From Blepharisma stoltei ATCC 30299 (taxonomy: Eukaryota; Protista; Ciliophora), in assembly GCA_965603825.1 (NCBI GenBank), contig CBFDEM010000001.1:62001-126000 (forward strand): DNA of 64,000 bases, read 5' to 3'. The notes under the pieces were generated by a model. It was given only the letters and a program-made list of their open reading frames with translations, ran no database searches and had not been told where the DNA came from. Of this stretch, positions 13,970-28,907 are shown piece after piece. The translations under genes and the position numbers were made by a program. Numbering within the stretch: the stretch's first letter is position 1; the number at the start of each line of letters is the position of its first letter.

Positions 13970-14826
13970 TGATTATTTAGTATACTATGCATATTTTTAA
14001 ATAATTTTTCTATTAGCCTAAGGGATAAAAAGTATTGTGGAGATCATTTTATTTTTTAATATATTTACCCTTACACAAAATTTTGAATAAAATTCCTTTT
14101 ATTATTTTGTGAGATTATTTCATGTTTAATGATAAATATAGATTTTTTTAAAATAGAATAAGTTCAAATATTGATGATTCTTTTATTAAGCACGACTGCA
14201 TTAAATATTGCTGGAATCATAAATATGCGTTATAAAGACCCTTATCAATGGTTTTTTCCCTTATCTATTTATTTTAGACAATATTAAGAGGATATAATAA
14301 TCATATCAATATAAAAACAAGCCCGTTTTTAACAAAAGGTAAACTATTTTCAAGTCATCATAATCTTTATGAATAAAATCATAACGATTTACGATGGATT
14401 TATCATTTATTTGCTATATTATCCTTTTTCTCATTCATGACAGTCATTTTGTCAAGCAAAGCTCTTATAATTATAGCAGGATGAATTCTGGCTGGCAATC
14501 CCATATCTCGCTATTTTATGCAATTTTATTTTATCACCTATTGGCAAAAAATTGAGCAAAAAATATTTTTATTTTTATTAATTCTTAAAATTTGTACTAG
14601 CAAATTGAAGGATAGACAATAATTCCACAATTAAAAATGTCAACAGTTGATATAATTTTAAATTGAAATTAAACACTAAATGATTACTTTATAAAAAAAT
14701 TTAATGCACTAATTAAGGCAGTGTAATAGCAAAGAAAGTTTTTAATGCTGATTTATTGCAGCCCTGAGTTAATGTAATATTGATAATATTATATTAAATT
14801 GTTTAGCCTACATAATGAATAAATTT

Positions 14827-17800
14827 TTAGTTGTCAAAATCTAAGTGCTGATTAAATCTATAGCTAGAAGCATTGGACAGCTCATCAAAATTCGGAGTCT
14901 TTGAAATACCTAAGTAATTATTATCCACAGTTTCTTTTTTCATTTTATTTATCTCTTTAGCAGAAATCTGACTTCCTAGTCCAAATTTCAAAAATATTGC
15001 TATATCTATTCCCTTATCAGTCAGCAATAAGCTTGGTAGCAATTTCCATTGGTATATTATCCCAACTATTATGAGAAGAAGTCAAACTAGCCATTCTATT
15101 ATAAATCACACTATTCAATTATCAAGTCTTATAAGTCAATAAAGCGATGACAATATAAAATTTCACAAAACTGCAAAATACGAAATAATCAACCAACAAT
15201 TCATTCTGCTATAATTATATGGACTGCTTTTAAAGCATAAAAAGATTAGCATGGTGAGAAGAATTATACAACAGAGACCATGCAAGGCTTCATCATAATT
15301 TTTTACAGTTTTATTCATGGCAATTATAATAACTTGAAAAACTGTTTTTTCTATAATAAAAATAGGTCTGGTCTTTATATTAATATGGCTATTAATCATT
15401 TCATAATAATTTCTAAAAAAAATAGCTAAAGGAATAAATACTGTCATAGATATTATTGATAAAACTGCCCATACAGAGTAATTATGCTTCCAGCAATAAA
15501 CTGTGCAGTCATACTTTATAAAAGAATCAGAAATATTTGAGCCTATTCCTTTATCGCATTCAAAAATACTTAAAAGTGTAGTAACAACAGGTACAAATAA
15601 AACATATCCAATAATAGGCATAAAAAATAAAGCAATGTTTATAATGTATCTCACGATCCAAATATCAAAATTATCATAACCAAAAAATAAAATAAAAGCT
15701 GTAAAGAACAAATAACAAGAAATGCTCATTGCAGAGCATAAGTAAACTCAGTACATATCTCCTGTAATTGAAGAATTAAAATTTATGAGTGAATAGTTAC
15801 ATATTTTTGATAATCAAGCATTGAACTCACTTATACCTGGACCTTGAGAAATAAATTGGAAAAAATCAACAACTAAAATTCCCATTAGAAAATAATCCTC
15901 AAAATGTATACGTGCTGGAACTATTAATTTTTCTGTATTTATTCTCTTCAAGAATTTCTTTCAAATAACAAACGACTTAACAATTGCAAGGGCTATTATG
16001 GCTGCTGATACTCCATATAGAATGCTAGCATCTTTCTCAGAATGGAAAATTTTACTTTCAGGGAATGGACACCCATTTTCATATTCTATAGAATCTGTGG
16101 GTGTTATTGTAGAATTGTCATACCATATAATGCTTTGGAATAAAGTAATCAATTGCAAACTGCTGGTATCATATATTCCTACTAGTTCTTCATATAACAA
16201 TTGCGTGCTATTGTCTCAACGTACATTATGAATCCCTATAGTAGGTAAGCTTCTCTGATTGCCATCTGACTCGATAGATACAATCCCAGAACACCCTAAA
16301 AATTTTTGTTTTCTCATATTTATATTTAACGCTTGAGAATCTTTTACATTTTGACCCTGCCTTATAGTAAATTCTATTCCATGCAGAAGCAGCATTGTAG
16401 CATCAAAAGAGTAGCAGCTAAAAACTGAGGATCCTCCATATTATTTTAAATAGCCATTTTCCAACTTTTTCCCATATTCTCCAAATCATTCAGCATGGAA
16501 AACAACAACAGATCCATATAATAATTCAATAAGTTTACTGATCTGTGAGGTATCTGTCTCCCATGTAAGTGAATATGCAACTCTTCCATTTGATAAAAAA
16601 ATGGCATCACCCCTTCTCAATCCTGCATCGTAAAAGCTTTCAACAACATGTCACCAAGAAGGGATATTCAAAAAAATGACATAAAGCCTAACATTTAAGC
16701 TTATTAAGCTCTCGAATCAACCCTTTCATTGCGAGAATTTATCAACAGTGTAGGTCGTGTTCATTTTCCTCATATCAGGACTATTTGCAATTTTTATATT
16801 AAATTTAGTTGCTGTTTTCATATTAAATTGCTCTATTAATGATATGAAATATTGGCAATCAAGATCATTAGCATCATCGTAAAGGACTATAAAATTTTGC
16901 CATCTAAAAACAACAGCGAGATCTATCATAACTTTTGCATTAAATTTGATATCTTTCGTGATTGTCATAAACTCGGGAAACTCTGCTTTATTTCGTAAAG
17001 TGTCCGAAGGAGAGTATGGAGAAACATTAGGTATAGAACAATTTAGAGATCTCAATGTGTAAATAAAAGAAATGCTTTCTGATGAGAAAGGCGATGTTAT
17101 AAATCCTACAGCTGGTGTGCTCAATGCATGAGAAAAACAGAGATTTTGGTGATATGTGTTTCCTGAGCAAAGAAGCTCAGTTGAGGATATTTCGAAGCCT
17201 TCTAAAAAGTGTAAGCTTTTTCAGTAGATCAAAGTATAAAGGATTCCAGCTCACAATCCTAGTCCGTTATCATACCATATATTAATATAAGTAAATGGAG
17301 AGTTTGGTATTATTAAAGAGTCTCCTGGAAATGAAAGAGGAGCTAGTATAGTCAAATTTCCTTCGAAAATATTTCCAGATATAATCTTTTGGTTATTTTT
17401 TGTATTTAGGAGAGTGAAGTTTGAAATAGGATGATTATCAACTGCAAATAAATTGGAAGGCACGCAATCTGCTTTCAAGCTAGAAATTCCGTAGCAACTT
17501 GAATTTAAAGACAAACCTGGGAATGTTGGACTTCTAATTTCTGTTTCTCTGCCAAAATAATTATTCAACTTCTGGAAGAGACTGAGATCAGATGAAAAGT
17601 CTAAATTCAGGATAATTTTCAAATACTTGATAAACGCTAATCCTTGATAACTATAATAACTATCAGCACTCTCTAGCCCTGATTCTACATAGCCAATTAT
17701 TCAATTCCCATTTAACCCTCAGGAACCTTCACTTCCAACAATAATTCCAGTTCCATTGATAAGTAAGTTTTTTTCTTCTAAAGCTTTCAATAATAATTTT

Positions 17801-18393
17801 GCACTTTCTCCTTGATTTAGTAGCACAATGTTTCTTATACCAATTGGCTGAATAACTTTCCCTATAAACAAATTTGCTGAATTTTCATTATTCCCATTTG
17901 AGAAAAAGTATCAGCGGTAATCCTTGTCTTTAAAATAATTAGAAAAAATTTCACTATTTTTATTGCTAATATCATCAGAAATTACAATAAACTTTTGCCA
18001 ATTGAAATAAGAAATAATCCCATACAAAGCTTCGATTTGACTTTTCCAAGAGTTATGTATAAAAAATTCTCAGTCACTATGGGGCTGAGTGTCGCTATGA
18101 ATACTGGCGATTATAATTTTTTTATCTTCAGCAAACTTTTTGATTGATTGTGATAGTGTTGTGCTGAAAGCGATATCAAAAATAATATCTGGGCTATATT
18201 TAGCCTTGCTTTCGTCCCAAAGACTATCAAAATACATAAGATTAACCTCTAGCTCATCTTCGAGATTATTTTTAACCAAAGCAGTTAGATTTGAAGCAAA
18301 GTCAAGGTCTGTAAAATTACTGTAAACTATACCAACAGTAAGCTGACTTGTTAAACAAATCTTTGCAAGTAGCAAAGCAATTAACATCTTCAT
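14827..18393 (-). CDS. Receptor-family copy E, 1188 aa, with an in-frame ~34-aa insertion
   Basis: All ORF pieces (18393, 17622, 17124, 16200, 15729, 15042) share one frame with TGA=W. Ends at TAA. Confidence 0.85.
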
Positions 18394-18489
18394 TTTTGAT
18401 TTTTTTTATTTTAATAAAAATATCAGAACCGCTCAAGGAAGATTTTATGTGCTTATAATATTTTTTAAAATTTATTCATGATAAAGGAA

Positions 18490-20310
18490 TCATATTTTAT
18501 TTGAAAAATTGAAGGAACTTATGATCAATGAAGATTACAACTTTTTACTTTTTATGGTGATTTTAATTGCTATGATAGCACAACAAATTAGCCTTCAGAA
18601 GTTAAATGGCTACCCATTTAAGGAGTACTCAATAAGTGGGGCTGGAATTTCATTAATACAATGATTATAACGTTTTTTATATGAAAAAGACGATAAAATA
18701 TTGATATAAAAAATAAAAGAGCTTAAAATGATTCAGTTTAAAGATTATATCGTATTCTTATCATTTTGCTTGATTTTTTGCAGTTTATATCAATTGGGCT
18801 GATAAAAAAAATCTATGATTCTGTAAGTCATTTTGCTTCCGTTCAATCGAATGTCCCAAGGTAAATATTTATAAATCCTTATATTTTTTCAAATAGGAGC
18901 TTTCTCCACTTGACTTTTATTCAGCATAACTCTTATTTTTAGCATTGGAAGCTTAGATAGCATTCTTCTGGATCAATGAAAATTGCTATCAAATTACTTA
19001 TTATAGAAAACGCGCTATTTTTGCCTTTGGTGTCAGAATTTTTAAATGCTATTCAGTGTGACCAGCAGGTTGGCTCAAAATTGACAGAAACTTTTGTAGA
19101 AAAGATTGCAACACTTTTTACTGAAAAGATAATCGTGCATTATGAGCAACCTCTCTCTATTATTTGCTTAACTTTTTATTCACCTTTACCAATTTATTTC
19201 AGGCCTTATTGGGATTTTATGAATACTTTATCAATTTAAAACTCGCCTACTTTTTTTGCTGATAAAAAGTTTTTTCAAGTTAGCGTCATTGTCCTGCTTA
19301 ATTACTGATATGTCTTGCCCTAGTATTATTGCAGTCACCAAGGATCCTTGCAGAGCATTCATCCACTTGTCTCCCTATGGAACGTTCCTATGCTCGGATC
19401 TATGATTTTCTAGCGCTATCTTCACCTCCTCTGATTACTGATGCCAAGTACAGATAGATCAGCACTCTTTGATCTCCTCATTGCAACAGAAATAAAAGCC
19501 GGCTGCTCTTGTCCAAGTGGATAATTATTGATTTCTGTCGCCTTGGGAAGTAGCTTGATAATGGAGGATGACCTGAAATTTAGCAGCTAATAGATGTGTG
19601 CCTTCAGCAATTAAGGGAAAATAAGCTTGTACTTTGTGGCCTAGACCTTAATTCTTGATATCGTGGTGAGATTGACCCTCAAGTTCCAAAGGACATTGCG
19701 GGCTATTTACTTTCAACCGTAATCAAGTCAAAACCAACCCGATTTACATATTTTTGAACCTATATGCTAGCTGATTTGTCGCCTAACTCGGTTTGACCAT
19801 GAGGCTGAAAATTGCATTAAGAAGAAAGCATGCTTAGGTCGCCATTTTATGCGTATTAGCGTCATTCTACCTAATAAGCCCATAATCTACAAAGCCAAGC
19901 TCTTCACAGACTCTTTTACAGCATTTTATTATCCATTTTCTATTTATTTTCATGAAAAAGAAGCCTTATAACGAAAGCCGCATGAGCCTTTGGCCAAATT
20001 TTCCATTTTTAGCACTTTTATAGAGGCTAGCTTTGTCTTCTTTATATTGGATAATCCCAAAAAAAGCAATGAAAGCTTTATTTTGCCAGAATATTTAGGC
20101 TGGATTATTTTATTATTGTTGCACCTTATATTCAGAAACTTTATTCCCAACTATGCTTTTTAAGAGCCTGGAGTAAATATTGTCAAATTGTTTAGGTTTT
20201 CGTTAGATTAAAATAAAAATGCTTCTAAGATTAATAAAATCAAAGAGTGTAGGATAAAGCACAGCTTAAATTTAAGCAGCTTAAGAGCTTGTCTAAATAT
20301 GCATTACTCT
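18490..20310 (+). pseudogene. Receptor-family copy F: degraded 3' (TM-domain) half interrupted by an insertion
   Basis: Recognisable GCPF, QF.DY...DFLQ, NAIQCDQQVGSKLTETFV, KKPYNESRM and PGVNIVKLFRFS motifs, with many frameshifts. Confidence 0.8.
19291..19866. mobile_element. 576-bp insertion flanked by the 11-bp direct repeat TTAGCGTCATT
   Basis: The repeat lies at 19280-19290 and 19856-19866. The interior is GC-richer and unrelated to the family. Removing the insertion restores the QVSVI...NK...QSQALH segment. Confidence 0.65.
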
Positions 20311-21201
20311 TTCAGGTAGAAAGGCGATGGAAGTTCTGATTCTGAAAAAGAAAGAGATTTTGAAATGTGCAGTAATAGTTAAAAAAAGATATAGTTATTT
20401 GGTGTTGAGTCTATTATTTTTTTAGATTTTAAAGTTGCTCTTCAGGTGAATGCTTATTCTCTTCACAGGAAGTTTGATATTTATAATTATTATCTTTACT
20501 GATGCATTTCGAAGAAGCTTATAATAGCAATGTACAATCTTGCTCAATTTTGATTTGATTTTATACCTTAAATTAAAGATATAAATAAGTACATTTTCGA
20601 ATAATTTAATTTATTTGATAAGGAAAGAAGTTGATTTAGATAAAATTATATTAAATTAATATAATTCAGATGTTTTTAAGATGAAGAATTCTAAGGAAAT
20701 ATTCAAAATAAAAACTAAAAATCATTTATTATTAAATGTAAAAATTTTCAAGTTGCAGAAAATAAATCTATTTTTACTTCAAAATATATATAAATACTAA
20801 CTCTAAGGTAAAAAATAACATTTTCAAAAAATTGGTTTCGCAAATTATAATTAAGCTCAAAATTACTTCATAAATAGCCTATAAGTCTGATTTTTTGTTA
20901 ATCAAAGAAAATTTCGACTCCAATGCCTTCTCAATAAGCCAGGTTCATTAGGCAATTATCCATAAAAATATTTTTTGAAAATATCGTCTAAGATCTATAT
21001 TGCATTTTTTTATTTTTAACAAATAAACTTTTACATTTATTCGACCATTTTCAGTCACTAATAGAATTTCGATTTTTGCATTAGAAAATTGATTATTGAT
21101 TGGTTAGGATAGGGAAAACCCAACCAAAAAACTAATAAATTGAAATTAAATTAACTTAAAGATCTAATCTGCATTATTGAACATAAAATATAAACTCGAA
21201 A

Positions 21202-24200
21202 ATGAGGATTTTTGGAGTTTTATTGAATGTAATTATCCTGGCTAACTGCCAGCTGCTTGTTGATATTATCTACAGCTCGTTCACAAATCAAGAATTCATG
21301 TCAAACTTAACGTATTTTTTACAAAAAAATATACAGAGTCATGAATTTAGTCTCATCAATGCGGATGCTTTAAGGGATATCAACCTGGCTGCAGACATTC
21401 CTGATCTAATTTTCGATATATCTTTTAGCACATCTTTTCTAGATTCAATACAAATATTTGCTAAGGAAAATCATGCTATAATTGCATCTCTCGATAGAAA
21501 GGTTGAGCAATATTCAGATTTACAAGTTTTATTCACAATCCATTGGAGAATCAATTTGAAACTTTGTCTAGTATTATTTCTTATTTAAATTGAGAAAAAT
21601 TTATCGTGATTTCTGATGAAGTTTTAAATGAGTATTCGCAGCATTTTTCAGATAAAAATTGCTTTTGGTTCTTGTTCTCTAATCAAAATAGCAAAAATTC
21701 AGCAGATTTATTTATAGGAAAAGTAATCAAAGCTAGTGGAATAAAAATTATTGTAATTTTAAATAACGGAGAAAGTGCAAGTTTGTTACTGAAAAGTTTA
21801 GATGAAACAAATTTGTTAACTTCTGGTACTGGAGTTATTGTAAAAGTGAAGGCTCATGAAATTTATATGGCAATGGAGTCATTTCTTATGTAGAATTAGG
21901 CTTAGAATTTGCAGACAGCAATTATAGTTATGAAGCGCTCGCATTTGGAAAATTTTTAAAGTTGAAACTCAGCTTTTCTTCTGAATCTAACCCTTTAGGC
22001 TTACTTGAATTTTTGAATAATAATGCAATCGGCCATCACCCAATTTCCAATTTTACTTTACTTAATATGAAAACAATCAAAAATTTATATCAGGGAGCAT
22101 TTTTAACGGAAATTTGTATTTATCAAATTCTCTGATATTTCCAGGAAATTCTTCAAAAATTCCAAACTCTCCAATTACTCGCATTAATATCTGAATTGCA
22201 GATGGGACTACTAATCCAGGCTCCTCTCCTGACTACATCGCTACCACTGTTACAGATGGTGAATTTTATGCCATAAGCTATTTTCAAAGTATCCATGCTT
22301 GGATGGCTTCGAAATCACAGTCACGAATACAGACTGTGGAGCGACCACATATGACGAAGCCTATGCATTTTCTTGTTTTTCTAAATTACTTCCTACCCCA
22401 GGGGTCGGCTATTTAACTTCTCTTTATCCTTTCATTACAATATGCTGCATCTATACTCTGAGAAATCTCAATTATTCAATTCCCTACATTTCCCCGTACA
22501 CCCCTTCAACCTCTATGAATAATCAGTCAGTTTTTCCAGAATTTATGACTGTATTAAAGGATGAAAATCTTGGAGTAATTTTTGGCTGAAAAAATTTATA
22601 GTCATTCATGATGATTTAAGCTTGGTAATGTATAATTACTTTGTCGCAGAAGTAGAAAAATTCAATATGAGAATTCTGAATCCTCCTGAATTGCGAAGGA
22701 TTGATACTTTTTATACTAAAAATGATTATCCGAAATGAAAATATTGGTTTGAAGGGCTAATACGTTTAAGAGGAAGACTTTTCGTAGTATTTCTGACGCC
22801 TCCTTATTGGATGTATGTAATTGAAAGCTTATATGATGCAGGAATGAGGACAGGTGATTCATTTTTTTTGTCTAATGGAAGGGTTGCTTATTCAATTATG
22901 TGGGAAACTAACCTATTAGAACGATTGAAGCTTATAGATTTGATATATGGTTGAATTGTTGTTTCACAAGCTGAATGGTTTGGAGACTATGGAGAAATGA
23001 TAAAAGATGGATATGTAAAAAAATACGGAAATGAAACAGATTTCCGCTGTTTAGCATTTGATGCTGCAATTCTACTTTTGAATGGGATAAAATTTACCGT
23101 TCAGCAAGGCCAGGATGTTAAAAATTACCTAGTAATGAAGAGCAACCTTAGAAAACAAAAATTTTTAGGATGCTTTGGGACTGTGTCAATTGAACCTGGA
23201 ACTAACCAGAGAAGCTTACCTACAATAGGGATTCATTACTTAAAGTGGGATGAATATTCCCGAAGATTCTATGAGGAGCTTGTAGGAAAATATGATTATA
23301 GTAGTGCCCAATTAATTACATTTTATAAAAGCGTTATATGGTATGACAACACTACAAGTGTGCCTACTGATATGCTAACATATGAAAATGGATGCCCATT
23401 TCCAGCTAAAATAATTTTTCGCTCTGAAAAAGGCGCTGGTGTATATACAATTTGAGGATTATATTCTCATGGCAATTTAGGGTATAGATGCATTGCAGTT
23501 TATTTCTCAAGGCCCTGATATAAGCAAAATGGATAAATGATTATCGGTATTGTGCAGCTACTCTTTGATGAGTTTTGATTCTTCAGTTGCAGGGTATGCT
23601 TATTGATACTATTTATACACTGCGATTGGTATTTCTAGCTATTCGATTTTATCAATTTTTTTAGTATTATCAAGACTAAATAAACTTTTGGAAAAATTAT
23701 TGAACCATGCAAGAAGCCTAGCCTTATTATTGCTGCCTATAATTGGAAATATAATATTTGTGCCTATGGTTTTAGTGCTCTTAAGTATTTTTCAATGCGA
23801 CCAAGGAATTGGCCAAGAAATTACTGATTCTTTTATAAGGCATGACTGCACCAATTATTGTTGAGATAATAAATATGTCTTACCAGGAGTTTTATCAATA
23901 ATATCTTTGGGCAGTTATATACCTTCAGCTATTTATTTTAGAATTTATTATGAAAATTGCAATGTGTATATTAATATAAAAATGAAACCTATTTTTCTAA
24001 TAGAAAAATCAATTTGCCAAGTGGTTATGATATCTATGAATAAAACTGTAAAATTTTATGATGAGTCTTTGCATGGGCTTTGCTGCATAATTATTTTTGC
24101 TATATTTATTGCGCTATGCTTTAAGCAAAATCCTTATAATTATTATAAATGAATCTTTGGCTGATTATTTCATATTTCGCAGTTTCGTGGAGCTTTATTG

Positions 24201-24498
24201 TATCATCTTTCTATTGGGTCACAAATATTAATTATTTACCTCTATGATATTTACTTCAATATTCAGTATTCCTTATTTTAATAGCAATTGATATTATAAT
24301 TCAATGAAAACGATTTCCAAGCTTGCTATTTACTGATCAGTCAACAGATATTGCAATTTTTTTTTTAGTTTTCGATGGGAAGTCGTATTTCGGCTGACGA
24401 AATAAATAAAATTAACAGAAAAATTGGGGAAAATAAAAACTAGTAAAATGAAAGCTTCAAGTCTAGATTCTTCATCTTTGTTTTTACCTAAAAAGTAA
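21202..24498 (+). pseudogene. Receptor-family copy G: full-length footprint with multiple frameshifts and deletion of TM1
   Basis: Frame breaks at ~21530, 21840, 22070, 22290, 22590, 24150 and 24365. A deletion at ~23445 joins KGAGV to QFEDY. Confidence 0.85.
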
Positions 24499-25493
24499 TG
24501 ATAATGCAAATTTATGACTTTCAGCTATTTTATTTAATATTCTTTCTACATTTGAGCTAAAAATTTTGCTTGCTTAGTTAATGATATAAAACAACTATTT
24601 AATTGGCTTGTAGAATCTTTTTGTTTTTGATTTTAGAATTTCTTATTTCTAATCTGAGATTTTTATTCAGATTTTGAATTAGTTTATGTCTTCTTAATTT
24701 ACAATTTTTGCGATAAAGTATTGAAATTTGAATACAAAGATTGCTATTATAGTAATAAAAATATATAAGCGTAGTTATGATAATAAAATATAAAATTTGT
24801 TGCAGAAATTTGCAGCCTCATATTTAGTCTTTTAATTATAAAAATTATATAAATAAGCGAAAAGCTTTGAATTATTTCATATCATGAGATTTTATTTATG
24901 TTTATTTTATTTATTCTTTATCTTTATAATTAGCATAAAATTTTTTCAAAATTGCTCAAATGCTTTTAACAATTTTTAAAATTTAAATCAGAAGCCCATT
25001 TTTCGAATGCTATATCTGATGAGAAGGAAGAATGAACATAATGCGATTCAATGAATTAATTTAAAAAATAAATAGTTAATTAAGAATAAATATCCTAAAA
25101 GATTATAATCAATCTAATATTCTAGTCTTATAATAAAATATATTAATGGAATAAGCTTTTATATTGCAGTATTATTTATTCAGTCTTTTTTCTAAAATTA
25201 GTGTTGGTCATGAACGAAAATGAAAATATAGGTTATGATTATTAAAAGTTTTTGTTTTTCAATAAATAACTAAGTAAATATTATAAAAATTAATTTTTTT
25301 CAAAATAATTAGTTTATTTTGCGCTTTTTATTATCATGATATCTTTCACCCTTATATAAATTAATTCTTTGTTTTATCATAAAATATTTTCTTTAACTAT
25401 TTATAATATTAATCAAGTCAAGATGCTTACCATTGTTAGTTATAGTCATTTTTATTATCAGCCTTTAAATAAACCTTAAATTAAACTTCAACA

Positions 25494-28400
25494 ATGAGCT
25501 TTTTAGCGGTTTTCATCTATGCAATTTTCTATTGTGAAGGCCAAATGATTGTTGACATAATTTACAGCCCTTTCACAAGCCAAGATTTTGCTTTAAATTT
25601 GACATCTCTTCTTCAGCTAAATTTTCAAGGAATAATTGATTTTAACCTCGTGTACATAGAAAGCTCTAGGGAGGTTCAGCAACTTATAAATAGCCCGGAT
25701 GTAATAATAGACCTTAGTTTTAGCACAATATTATCAGAGATAATAAAAGAACTTGCTGAAGAAAAGCATTTTATAATAGCAAGCATTAATAAGCCTCATG
25801 GCATCTATTCTAACTGAGAATTTTTTGTGCATTGCTCATGAGAAAATCAGCTCGAAGCTTTATCAAGTATTATTTCTTATTTAAACTGGGAAACTTTTAT
25901 AATAATTTCTGACGAAATTCACAATGAAGGAAATAAGATTTGCAATATTTTTTCTTATAAAAATTTTCACCTATCAATTTTCTCAAATAGCAATAACAAA
26001 AATTCAGCAGATTTATTTATAGGAAAAGTAGTCAAAGCTAGTGGGATTAAAAATATTGTGATTTTAAATAATGGAGAAAGCGCTAAATTACTGCTAAAAA
26101 GTTTAGAAGATAGAGATTTACTTATAAATGGGACTGGAATTATAGTAGGAAGTGAAGGCTCTTATGGGTTATATGGTAATGGGATTATTGGGATCTCAGA
26201 ATCCGAACAGGAATTTGCGGATAGCTATTACAGTTATGAAGGATTGGCAATTATTAAATTTTTGAAGTTGGTGCTTAGTTTTCCTTCTGAATCTGACTCA
26301 TTAAACTTACTTGAATTTTTAAATAAAAATACAGTTGGCCATCGCCCGTTATCCAATTTTACTGTAATTAATACCAAAAATAGCCAAAAATTTATATCAG
26401 GAAATATTTTTAATGGGAATTTAACTTTTTCAAGCTCCCTGATTTTTCCAGGAAATTCTTCAATAATTCCAAACTCTCCGATTACTGATGTCAACATATG
26501 GATCGCAAACGGGACCACAAATCCGGGTTCTACCCCTGCAGTTATACCATCAACATCAGCAGCAGGGGAATTTTATGCTCTAAACTATTGGCAAAGCTTA
26601 CATGCTTTAGATGGTTTCGAAATAACATCCACGAACACTGATTGTGGAGTTTCAGTTTACGATGAAGAGTATGGGGTTTCCTGTTTTTCTCAATTATTAG
26701 TTACTCCTGGAGTAGGTTTTTTAACTTCTAATTATCCATCAATCAGTATCAGCTATATCTATACATTGAGATCTTTAAATGTCTCGATACCTAATATATC
26801 TCCATATGCTCCTTCTGTCCTTTCAGGGAATCAAGCTCTTTTTCCCGAATTTATGACAGTGGCGTCAGATATAAGATTCAATATTCAACTAATTCTAAAT
26901 CTCGCAGTAATTTTTGGATGAAAAAATTTTATTGTCATTTACAATAAAAGAAATATAGAAAATTACAATTACTTTGTATCGAAAATAGAACAATTTGATA
27001 TGAAAATCGTTAACAGCCCTGATCTTCAAATGATAGATTCAAATTATACAGTAAAGGATTTTCCAAAATGGGAAAATTGGTTCTCAAGTATTATAAGTTT
27101 AAAGGTCAGGCTTTATGTTATTTTTCTGACTCCTCCATACTGGTTTGACGTAATTGAAAGCTTTTATGATGCAGGATTAAGGAGAGGTGATGCAATTTTT
27201 TTATCAAATATAAGAATGGCTTATATGCTTATATGGGAAAGTATTGAGGACCAAAGAAAAATTAATGAACTGTTTTATGGAGGAGTTATAGTTGCCCAGG
27301 CTGAATGGATTGGAGAATATGCGAAAACGATAAAAAGTGGCATGAAAAAAATATATGGAAATGACACAAATTATGGATGTTTTGCATTTGATGCAGCAAT
27401 GCTACTTTTATACGGGATAGAATTTACTATAAAACATGGACAAGACCTCAAGAACTCTGAAATTTTAAATGAAAATCTAAGAAAACAGAAATTTACGGGG
27501 TGCTCTGGGACTGTATCAATAGAACAAGGAAGCAATCAGAGAAGCTTGCCGACTATTGGAGTTTTTAGCTTAAGTTGAGATGAGGACTCCGGATTATTAT
27601 ATGAAAAGATTGTAGGAGAATATGATATTTATAGCGTACAATTGATTACTTTATATGAAAGTATAATTTGATATGATAATTCTACAGTAGCACCTAATGA
27701 TTTGATATTATATGAAAATGGCTGCCCATTCCCACAAAAACAGATTTCACGTTCTGAAAAAGGCAGCAACGCATTATATGGAATTATGGGATTCGTAATA
27801 GCTATGACGATTGTTGAATCTTTGATAATATGAAAAAAATTTTGGAAAAATGTAATGATAAGCAAATTAACAGCTCCTTCATATGTGCATTTTGAAGATT
27901 ATATATCAATGGGGATTTTAGTTATAGATTTTTTCCAATTTCTTTCTCAAGGCCCGGATATTAGCAAATTATATCCATGGTTGTCCATAGTATGCACATA
28001 TTCGCTAATTCATTTTGACTCTAATGTAACAGGAGATATTTACTGAGGCTATTTATATGCTGCTATCGCTATCTCTTGCTACTGAGTTGCTACAGCTATT
28101 TTATTGGTTTGTAGACTAAATAAGTTCACTAGGGAATTGTTTAGTCACGCTATAAATCTTGCTTTGCTATTACTTCCTATAATTGGAAATTTTATATTTA
28201 TAATTATGGTTTCAGTGCTTTTAAGTATTTTTCAATGCGATAAAGGAATTGGTCCGAAAATCACCGATTCTTTTATAGAAAATGATTGTACAGTCAATTG
28301 TTGGGATAAAAAATTTTTCCTATGAGGGATTTTAGCAATTTTCTCTTTGCTTACTTATATTCCTCTAGCTATTTTTTCCCGATATATATATGAAAATATC

Positions 28401-28907
28401 AATAGCCACATAAATATAAAAACACAGCCGATTTTTATTATTGAAAAAACAGTTTTTCAAGTCATTATTGTATGTATGAATAAAACCATAAAAGTTTACG
28501 ACGAGTCCTTGCATGGGTTTTGCTGCCTTTTCATTTTTATTATATTTATTTATATTTGCCTAAAGCAAAGGCCTTATAATTATCACCGAATGAATCTTTG
28601 GTTGATTATTTCTTATATAGCAATTTTATGAAGTTTTATTATTTCATTAGCTTATAGAATGTTGAATGTTGACTCAGGGATACTGTGAATGATGCTTAAT
28701 TTAGTTTGGCTTATTTTAATAGTAGTTGGGATTACAATTCAATGTAAATGGTGTGCAGGATTATTGATTTCTGATAAAAAAATAGATATCAAATTTTTTT
28801 TCAAATTTGAAATGAGCAGAAATGTTACAGCTGATGATATAAATAGAATGAAAAAAGAAATTGCAGATAAGAGCTATTCGCTGAAGGAAAAATCTACCTT
28901 TGTTTAA
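25494..28907 (+). CDS. Receptor-family copy H, 1137 aa
   Basis: All ORF pieces share one frame with TGA=W, from ATG 25494 to TAA 28907. Confidence 0.9.
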
